Assembly (NCBI GenBank): GCA_041649475.1
Contig: JBAZNA010000001.1
Location: forward strand, 124,267 to 188,266
Source of the DNA: Patescibacteria group bacterium
GTDB lineage: Bacteria > Patescibacteriota > Patescibacteriia > Magasanikbacterales > GWA2-37-8
Direction: 5' to 3'
DNA: 64,000 bases
Shown: in pieces, positions 57,541 through 64,000 of the stretch
Layout: every line of letters begins with the position of its first letter
How positions within the stretch are numbered: the first letter of the stretch is position 1
Made by a program: the position numbers and the translations under genes
The notes under the pieces: generated by a model
What the model was told of the DNA's origin: nothing
What the model saw: only the letters and a program-made list of their open reading frames with translations
Databases searched by the model: none

Positions 57541-58637
57541 CTACGACGATCCACAAAGCCGGAGATACGGTGGCCGGGCGCTACGACGTGAAGGCGTACG
57601 TTGACGCTGGGGGTATGCAGGAGGTCTACCGAGCAGTAGATGGCGTCCTGAAGCGTGAGGTCGCCCTCAAGGTCCCGAAGAATGCCTCTGCCGAGCGGCG
57701 TTTCGCGCGAAGTGCGATCTTGAGCGCCAGGATTAACCACCCAAACGTCGCCAAGACTCTCGACTTCGTCGAGGACAACAACAGGCCGTACCTGATCGAG
57801 GAGTTCATCAAGGGTGAGGATCTTCAGCGCGTGCGGCGCCGCCTAGCCATCATGGATCCCTATCTGGCGGCTCATCTGCTTCACCACATGGCGCGCGGAG
57901 TAGCAGCCTCGCACCATGCGGGCGTCGTGCACCGGGATCTGAAGCCGAGCAACATCATGGTCGCGCCCGACCTGTCGTTCGCCTTCGTGAAGATCACGGA
58001 CTTCGGCATCGCCAAGATGGCGCAAGAGGAGATCGCTGCTGCAGCTGGTGCCGGGGAACGCGAGATGACCAGCAGCCAAACGGCTGTCGGTGCGCTGCCG
58101 TACATGGCTCCAGAGATGATTCTCACACCGCGAAGCACCGACACGCCCTCGGATGTCTGGGCACTAGCGTCGATGGCCTACGAGTTCGTCAGCGGGAAGA
58201 AGCCATTTGGTGCAGGCTGGGCCGCTGCGGCGAACATCATCAACGGCACGTTCCCCGGACTGCCACCAGAACTGAACAAGACGCAATTCAAGGGCCTCGG
58301 CGAGGAGGTGTTCGCGCTTGTCCAGCGATGTTGGGCTCGGGATCCGGCTGAACGTCCCACTGCCGACGAACTCGTGAAGCTGTGCGGTCAGCTATGCTAC
58401 CCACCTTGCAGTCGAAGCCAAGGCGTCGTCGCGCGTGTCAGTTACGACGCGTATGGCTTCATCGACTCAGACTCGGGTAGCGTGTTCTTCCACATGGACA
58501 GCGTGTACGGCCCTCGACCGGCCGCGGGCGACACCGTCTGCTTCGCAGCATTCGATGGTCACCCGGCGCCGCGGGCGCACCCTGTCGTCACGATGCGGAG
58601 CGATCCCGCTGTCGCCACTTCATCGGTGGCGCCGTAG
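57537..58637 (+). CDS. Hanks-type Ser/Thr protein kinase (second, tandem)
   Basis: VALKV, VVHRDLKPSNI, DFGIAK, YMAPE. Confidence 0.8.
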   Translation: MTTTIHKAGDTVAGRYDVKAYVDAGGMQEVYRAVDGVLKREVALKVPKNASAERRFARSAILSARINHPNVAKTLDFVEDNNRPYLIEEFIKGEDLQRVRRRLAIMDPYLAAHLLHHMARGVAASHHAGVVHRDLKPSNIMVAPDLSFAFVKITDFGIAKMAQEEIAAAAGAGEREMTSSQTAVGALPYMAPEMILTPRSTDTPSDVWALASMAYEFVSGKKPFGAGWAAAANIINGTFPGLPPELNKTQFKGLGEEVFALVQRCWARDPAERPTADELVKLCGQLCYPPCSRSQGVVARVSYDAYGFIDSDSGSVFFHMDSVYGPRPAAGDTVCFAAFDGHPAPRAHPVVTMRSDPAVATSSVAP

Positions 58638-59031
58638 CGTTCAGATCAGACTCGCGTCTCGCCCTCTTGGGCCACGTAGTCGGGTGGCCGAGGGCCGTCC
58701 CCGAGCAAGTTGACTTCTGCTGATCCGAGGATCTGAATCCTCGGCATGCCATCCAAGCGTCCGGTTTGCGTACAGTGCGGCATCGACGCCAGCCCTACCT
58801 GCGATTGGCTCTGGTACGGCAAAGAGGTCGAGGTCCTCGCGGGCGCACGCGGGGGCCCGCGGCGGAAGGTGTTGTAGCTGTGCCCTGAGTGCGCGGAGGA
58901 GTTCGACACCGCCGAGGTGCGGTTCTTCGCCCGCGTCGTCACTGGCGAGCTGAAGCGGTGACCGCGGGCGCCGAGCTATTGCGCTCGTCTCGGAGTGTGT
59001 CAACGACTTTGAGACACTGGCCGGGACGCAT

Positions 59032-60357
59032 TTACTGACTTTCCTCGTCCGCTGCCGACACCGGGGGTAGCTGCAGCGGGGGTGGGTTGATCCAGACGGC
59101 CGTGGGCGGCTGTGCTGGCACGGGCGGGCGACGTACGAAGCGCTCCGGGTGCTCTTGCCAGGCCGCCGAGAGTACCAGCTGCCGTTGCGCGAGCACGTGC
59201 GGCCCGCGGCCGTAGTGCACCATCTCGGGCGTCAGCAGGCCGAGGCCCGTGTGGTGGTGTTCGGTGTTGTACCAGGCGAAGAAGGGGCCGCAGAAGGCGC
59301 GTGCGTCCTCGACGCAGCCGAAGCGGTCGGGAAACTCCGGCCGGTACTTGAGCGTCTTGAATTGGCTCTCGGAGAAGGGGTTGTCGTTGGAGACGTGCGG
59401 GCGGCTGTGCGTCTTGGTGACGCCGAGGTCCGCCAGCAGCAAGGCGACTGGTCGGCTCGTCATCGACGTGCCGCGGTCGGCGTGCACCGTCACCATCCCT
59501 GGCCTAATCGCCTGCTTCTCGCAGGTCTCGTAGATGAGCTGCTGTGCGAGCTGCGCGGTCTCACGCTGGGCCACCATCCACCCGACGACGTAGCGGCTGA
59601 AGATGTCGAGGATCACGTACAGGTGGAAGTAGGTCCACTTCACCGGCCCGAGTAGTCGGCTGATGTCCCACGACCACACCTGGTTGGGCCGGGTCGCGAG
59701 GAGCTCGGGCTTGGCGTAGGTCGGATGGCGGAGCTGGTCGCGGCGCTCGCGCAGCTCATTGTGTGCGCGGAGCAGGCGGTACATGGTCCGCACTGAGCAC
59801 AGGTACCGTCCCTCGTCGAGGAGCGTGGCGTAGATTTCGCGCGGCGCCTGGTCGACGAAGCGCGGGCTGTGCAGCTCGGCGAGCACCGCCTCCCGCTCCG
59901 CGGGCTGCAGCGCCCGCGCCGGCGTAGCGCGCGGCGCGGTGCGCGTGGGCGGGGGCGCGGCGGCGGTCCGCCGGCGCCGGTACAGGGTCGCGCGCGGGAT
60001 CCCCAGCGCCGCACAGGCGGGCGCTGACCCGATCTCGCGCGCCAGCGCGAAAGCGGTCGGCATCAGTCGTTCTCGTCGTCGCTGGGGCGGGTCAGCGGGA
60101 TCCCCAGCAACTCCGAGGCTTTTTTTTGGACCGCGATGACGATCTTCGCCCGGGTCAGCTGCTTCTGCAGCCGTGCCTTCTCGCGCTCCAGCTGCGCCAC
60201 TCGTCGCGCCAGCGGATTGCGCGTCGGTTTGGGACCGCGGCGCGGCCCCAGCCCGCCCAGCACGCCCAGGCGGTTCTGCATCCGCCAATCCGCCAGGTGC
60301 GAGGAGTACAAGCCGTGGCGCCGCAACAGCGCCCCCACCTCGCCGGGCGTGGTGCAC
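59032..60357 (-). CDS. IS3-family transposase OrfB (DDE integrase core); expressed as OrfAB by -1 frameshift
   Basis: DDE core (WSWDISRL...TVHADRGTSMTS...NDNPFSESQF); -1 frame relative to orfA at the A AAA AAA G heptamer (plus-strand T-run 60120-60127). Confidence 0.75.
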   Translation of the reverse strand: MHHARRGGGAVAAPRLVLLAPGGLADAEPPGRAGRAGAAPRSQTDAQSAGATSGAAGAREGTAAEAADPGEDRHRGPKKSLGVAGDPADPPQRRRERLMPTAFALAREIGSAPACAALGIPRATLYRRRRTAAAPPPTRTAPRATPARALQPAEREAVLAELHSPRFVDQAPREIYATLLDEGRYLCSVRTMYRLLRAHNELRERRDQLRHPTYAKPELLATRPNQVWSWDISRLLGPVKWTYFHLYVILDIFSRYVVGWMVAQRETAQLAQQLIYETCEKQAIRPGMVTVHADRGTSMTSRPVALLLADLGVTKTHSRPHVSNDNPFSESQFKTLKYRPEFPDRFGCVEDARAFCGPFFAWYNTEHHHTGLGLLTPEMVHYGRGPHVLAQRQLVLSAAWQEHPERFVRRPPVPAQPPTAVWINPPPLQLPPVSAADEESQ

Positions 60358-60596
60358 GCATCGGCTTCTTCGACGATGCGGCGCTTGAACTCCGCGGTGA
60401 AGGTGCGGCGCCCGGGCCGCTCGACCACCTCGGAATCGGGCGCGGCGTCGCCGCTCGGTGGCGCGGCCGCCGTCGGTGTTGCGCTCGACTGCGGCGGCCG
60501 CGCGATCGACAGCGTTGTGCTCGTCCGATCGGGAGTGCCTGCTCTCTCCAGCGCGTGCAACCGGGGCCTCCCTGCCTGCTTCTCACCGTTGCTCAT
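60063..60596 (-). CDS. IS3-family transposase OrfA (HTH)
   Basis: RRTFTAEFKRRIVEE HTH; leucine-zipper-like C-terminus; the N-terminal extension is probably not all translated. Confidence 0.65.
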   Translation of the reverse strand: MSNGEKQAGRPRLHALERAGTPDRTSTTLSIARPPQSSATPTAAAPPSGDAAPDSEVVERPGRRTFTAEFKRRIVEEADACTTPGEVGALLRRHGLYSSHLADWRMQNRLGVLGGLGPRRGPKPTRNPLARRVAQLEREKARLQKQLTRAKIVIAVQKKASELLGIPLTRPSDDEND

Positions 60597-60860
60597 CCAC
60601 GAGCGCCTCCCCGCCCTCTTCTACACTAAACTCGGGAAGGCCAAGTGTCTCATGTCACGTTGGCACGGAGGGTCTCTCGACGCCCTCGACAGAGAAGAGG
60701 TTTCGCGGCGCGCTTCATTCCCGTTGTGATGCCTGCGGCGAGCTCAGCGTACTGGGTCGCTCGGATATCCTTGGGTAGCAGCCTCGAGCCTCGTCTGCAC
60801 GCGCCCAGACGCCTAACGCCGAATCCAATGTCTAGCGCGCGGCACAGAAGTCGCGCGCCG

Positions 60861-60890
60861 TTGACGCACTTGTTAATCACGTGCTATTAT
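60861..60890 (+). promoter_or_regulatory. Sigma-70-like promoter TTGACG-N18-TATTAT; ATG 10 nt downstream (leaderless)
   Basis: Sequence match; parallels 52997..53026. Confidence 0.4.
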
Positions 60891-60900
60891 ATAGACACGT

Positions 60901-61287
60901 ATGGTGTCATCGATCAGCAATCCACATCCTGAGATTACGAAGCAGCGCCTCTGGTACCTCTTCTGCTTAGCATGTTTGACCGAGTCTGACATTGAGACTA
61001 TCACCGGTTGGCCCCGCAAGCTGATTGAGGAACGCCTGCAGACATGGGGACTGACATTCCTGTCCCCGGTTTCTCGTTGCACAACACGGTTCCTTGAACG
61101 GCGCATGGAGAGGTCCATCGTCACGCCACTCGGCTCTCTCGCCAAGGTGGAGTTCGTAGCTTCAATGCGAGAGCATCTGCGCAGCCTCATTCTGGACAAT
61201 CCCGTGCACTGGAAACGCATCGACCAGATTCCCTGGTTGCCGCAGATTGAGGCTGAGGCCGCAAGCGTGCCACCGATACCCGAGTGA
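60901..61287 (+). CDS. Hypothetical Trp-rich helical protein, paralog of 53036..53452; last gene of the island
   Basis: ITKQRLWYLFCLACLTESDIETITGW... Confidence 0.5.
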   Translation: MVSSISNPHPEITKQRLWYLFCLACLTESDIETITGWPRKLIEERLQTWGLTFLSPVSRCTTRFLERRMERSIVTPLGSLAKVEFVASMREHLRSLILDNPVHWKRIDQIPWLPQIEAEAASVPPIPE

Positions 61288-61445
61288 TGGCAGTCTCCAC
61301 CAGGCTGGCAATCTACGCGAGACGTCAGCTGTGAGTTAAGCTGAGCTCCGGTGCGGCGCGTAGGCGCTCTATGCTTGCAAGCACGGGACCGTAGATGTTA
61401 TCGAGTTCGGAAAGGACCCAATATCCTCCACTTAATCTTTGATTT

Positions 61446-61952
61446 ATGCCTACCAATCTTTCCAAAGGAAATGTTAATACCGGTGAAATTGTCTATACCT
61501 GGACGGTTAAGGAATATGAAAAATATGAAAGAAGCCGGCGCTGGTATTGGCTGATGGGAATAGTCGGGGTGTCTTTGCTGGTTTATTCCATTATAGACGC
61601 GAATTATTTGTTCGTTTTAATCATAGTACTGTTTGGTATAATTTTATTTTTACAGGAAGTGCAGGAACCGATGGATGTGACCTTTGCCATTACTGAAACC
61701 GGCATTGTGATGGGCAGAAAATTTTACAGTTATTCGGAATTGGAAAATTTTTGGATGATATATAATCCGCCTATGGTCAAGACCTTATATTTTTTAACAA
61801 AAGATTTGTTAAAACACCGTTTACAGATTGCTTTGTTTGATAATGACCCCCGGCCGATTCGCGATTTTTTGAGTCAATATTTAAAAGAAGATTTAGAACA
61901 GGAAGATGAGCCGCTTAGCGACAAGATGGGGAGGACGCTGAAGCTGCACTAA
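61446..61952 (+). CDS. Host AT-rich small membrane protein, hypothetical
   Basis: 168 aa, two central TM helices; low-GC codon usage like the left flank. Confidence 0.5.
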   Translation: MPTNLSKGNVNTGEIVYTWTVKEYEKYERSRRWYWLMGIVGVSLLVYSIIDANYLFVLIIVLFGIILFLQEVQEPMDVTFAITETGIVMGRKFYSYSELENFWMIYNPPMVKTLYFLTKDLLKHRLQIALFDNDPRPIRDFLSQYLKEDLEQEDEPLSDKMGRTLKLH

Positions 61953-61956
61953 TAGC

Positions 61957-62028
61957 GCCCCCGTCGTTCAATGGATAGGACACTAGCCTGCGAAGCTGGA
62001 AATCTAGGTTCGACTCCTAGCGGGAGCA
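61957..62028 (+). tRNA. tRNA-Arg-like (anticodon GCG), with a C3-A70 acceptor mismatch and a 4-nt variable loop
   Basis: D-arm GTTC/AATGGATA/GGAC, anticodon loop CTGCGAA, T-arm CTAGG-TTCGACT-CCTAG, acceptor GCCCCCG/CGGGAGC; unusual anticodon and mismatch reduce confidence. Confidence 0.5.
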
Positions 62029-62114
62029 CAAGTAAAAATTGATTTTTAAAAGCCGAGGTGATAAAATTGCTTCGGCTTTTTGATAACACAAACAAACGCA
62101 CGAGGAGGCGAACA

Positions 62115-63413
62115 ATGCGGCTGACGAACATCATTGACCTGGCATGGGGCGACAACGGCAAAGGCAAGGACACTCTCTTCTGGACCATCTTCTTGTCTGC
62201 GGTGGCTGTGGCGCGGTATTCGGGGGGCAACAACGCCGGCCACGCCTTCACCGATGATGATGGTGTTGAGCACCGTTTGAGCGTGCTCACCGCGGGAATC
62301 GCGGTGGACGGGGTCAAGGTGGTTCTTGGTAACGGCATGGTCATCTCCCCCGAGAAGACGATGGAGGAGATCCGGCGCTACATGGCGTATGGCAAGGACG
62401 TTTCTCCTGACAGGATCTTGCTTTCGCACGAGGCCCACATCATCCATCCCGGGCATCGCGCCATTGACGAGATGATGGAGGCCCTCCGCTCCAAGGGCGG
62501 TTGCGCAATCGGTACGACCAAGAATGGCATCGGTCCTGTCTATGCCGCCAAGGCTCTGCGAGTGGGCATCCGCGCCGAGCAGATGCTTGATCCTAAGGGC
62601 TTCGGCATGGCCGCGGCCGAGATGGCGGACGAGGCCAACCAGTTGCTTCAGATGCATGACCGGCCCCTGCTGAACGCGGAGGAAATCGGCCGGGCCTACA
62701 CCAAGTATGCGGAGTTGCTTCGGCCCTACGTGACCGACACCTCGCGGTACCTGGTGGGTCTGCCTGAAGATGCCGACGTGATCGGTGAAGCGTCCCAGGG
62801 AACGCTCCTGGACGTGGATCACGGCACGTACCCATTCGTCACCAGCTGTAACTGCACCATCGGCGCGGCCTTCTCCGGCCTTGGTATCGGTCCGGAACAT
62901 CTGTACCGGAACATCGGTCTGGTGAAGGCGTACTACACCCGCGTGGGTGGTGGTCCGTTTCCGACCGAGATCCCGCCCGGCCCGACTCTGGATCGCATCC
63001 GCGGCGACAAAGGCGTACTGTGGGCTGAATACGGCACAGTCAGCGGCCGGCCCCGGCGCTGTGGCTGGTGGGACTCGGTCCTGGCCCGGTACGCGCTCCG
63101 CATCAACGGCACGCAAGAGATCCACCTCATGAAGATGGATTGCCTGGCGGGTATCTCGCCCATCAAGATCTGCGTGGCCTACGAGGTGGACGGGGAGCGT
63201 TTCGTGAATCTGCCGATGGGCTTGCACAATTTGGAACGCTACCGGCCCATCTACGAGGAGATGGAGGGCTGGGGCGACATCCGGAACGTGCGAGTGTACT
63301 CGGAACTGCCCTCGCCCGCCCGAAAGTACATCCAGCGGATTGCACAACTGACTGGCAAGCCCGTGACACTCATTTCCCATGGTCCGGGCAGAGGAGAAGT
63401 GATCATCAAGTAG
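62115..63413 (+). CDS. purA: Adenylosuccinate synthetase
   Basis: WGDNGKGK P-loop, GGNNAGHAF, TTKNGIGP...; RBS AGGAGG; GC about 60%, unlike the AT-rich surroundings. Confidence 0.9.
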   Translation: MRLTNIIDLAWGDNGKGKDTLFWTIFLSAVAVARYSGGNNAGHAFTDDDGVEHRLSVLTAGIAVDGVKVVLGNGMVISPEKTMEEIRRYMAYGKDVSPDRILLSHEAHIIHPGHRAIDEMMEALRSKGGCAIGTTKNGIGPVYAAKALRVGIRAEQMLDPKGFGMAAAEMADEANQLLQMHDRPLLNAEEIGRAYTKYAELLRPYVTDTSRYLVGLPEDADVIGEASQGTLLDVDHGTYPFVTSCNCTIGAAFSGLGIGPEHLYRNIGLVKAYYTRVGGGPFPTEIPPGPTLDRIRGDKGVLWAEYGTVSGRPRRCGWWDSVLARYALRINGTQEIHLMKMDCLAGISPIKICVAYEVDGERFVNLPMGLHNLERYRPIYEEMEGWGDIRNVRVYSELPSPARKYIQRIAQLTGKPVTLISHGPGRGEVIIK

Positions 63414-63436
63414 AAGTTCTACAAGGAGTAAGCAGG

Positions 63437-63468
63437 CCTGGTGTTTGGGGGGACACCGGGCTTTTTTT
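63437..63468 (+). terminator. Rho-independent terminator after purA (CCTGGTGT...ACACCGGG, then T7)
   Basis: Hairpin plus TTTTTTT. Confidence 0.6.
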
Positions 63469-63518
63469 ATGTCCGATTTCTGCTATAATTACGGGCAGTG
63501 AATCAAGTAAAAAAGATA

Positions 63519-64000
63519 TGGAATTAAACACTCCGGTTTCGGACTTAAGCCGGGTCGGGAAAACCGTTTTCAGCCGTCTCAAACGTCTTGGTGTTACTAC
63601 CGTGCGCGATTTGTTGTATTATTTTCCGTTTCGCTATGAAGATTTCAGAAAAATTGTGCCGATTGCGGATTTGCAAGACGACCAATTGGTAACAGTTTGC
63701 GGTTTGGTGGAACTCATTTCCAACAAACGCAGTTTTCGCACCCGGAAAATGATTACCGAGGCATTGGTATCGGACAAGAGCGGAACTTTGAAAGTGGTCT
63801 GGTTTAATCAGCCATTTTTAACCAAAAATATCCATCCGGGTGAGATTGTTTATTTATCCGGCAAGGTGAAGAGCGATATGCTGGGGCCGCAATTGGTCAG
63901 TCCGGTTTATGAAAAATTTTCAGCCAAGGGCGCTTCCGGCAAAGAAACCGTGCACACGGCCCGGCTGGTGCCCATTTACCCGTTAACCTATGGCCTCACC
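63519..64000 (+). CDS. recG: ATP-dependent DNA helicase RecG, N-terminal part; the 3' end is outside the window
   Basis: MELNTPVSDLSRVGKTVFSRLKRLGVTTVRDLLYYFPFRYEDF is a typical RecG N-terminus/wedge domain; AT-rich. Confidence 0.7.

Larger units (their letters stand above)
58996..60665 (-). mobile_element. IS3-family insertion sequence with about 27-bp imperfect terminal IRs and a 5-bp target-site duplication (CGGAG)
   Basis: IRs TGTGTCAACGACTTTGAGACACTGGCC / TGCCAACGTGACATGAGACACTTGGCC; CGGAG at 58991-58995 and 60666-60670; orfA/orfB with an A8G slippery site. Confidence 0.7.

Noticed and set aside
61400-61450. Direct repeat of the tRNA-Ala 3' end at the right boundary (attR)
   Set aside because: Only a 6-nt TCGAGT coincidence was found; serine integrases need only a 2-bp crossover, so absence of a long repeat is expected and the exact right junction cannot be fixed by eye.

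Overview
This 64-kb window has low-GC flanks (roughly 40% GC; 1-4408 and about 61410-64000) that look like a small-genome, Patescibacteria-like host. The left flank carries an SPFH protein, an O-antigen-ligase-like protein, malic enzyme and MgtC. The right flank carries a small membrane protein, an Arg-tRNA-like gene, a compositionally anomalous high-GC purA, and the 5' end of recG. Between them is a contiguous high-GC block of about 57 kb (4409 to about 61410), inserted immediately 3' of an intact tRNA-Ala(TGC). A large serine recombinase gene at its left edge reads through the junction into the antisense of the tRNA. I read this block as an integrated mobilisable element of actinobacterial-type composition, not a prophage, because no capsid, terminase or tail genes are present. 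Backbone: the serine integrase, HTH regulators, two separate replication-relaxation plus FtsK/TraD-like ATPase modules, a DnaG-like primase, a sensor-less sigma-54 activator, a SprT-like metalloprotease, a second (tyrosine) integrase with an att-like tRNA 3' fragment, and a XerC-like recombinase bracketed by inverted sites. Cargo is dominated by defence-like genes. The most interesting is a SIR2-STAND NTPase fusion with a co-translated unknown partner (18442-21832), a candidate two-gene system. Other cargo is a type I R-M whose HsdM carries an XRE-HTH, a divergent RloC/PrrC-like AAA_13 ATPase, a DUF45 hydrolase, a PD-(D/E)xK protein, two methyltransferases, a Septu PtuA/PtuB pair, a truncated OLD-like ATPase, and PP2C plus two Ser/Thr kinases. 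There is also an IS3-family insertion with a 5-bp target duplication and a programmed frameshift site. Two copies of a roughly 110-nt structured element with compensatory hairpin changes are a candidate sRNA or attenuator. Several repeat structures are present: a tandem segmental duplication, about 140-bp diverged direct repeats, and paired terminator-like palindromes. All calls rest on motif recognition by eye. No database searches were run.
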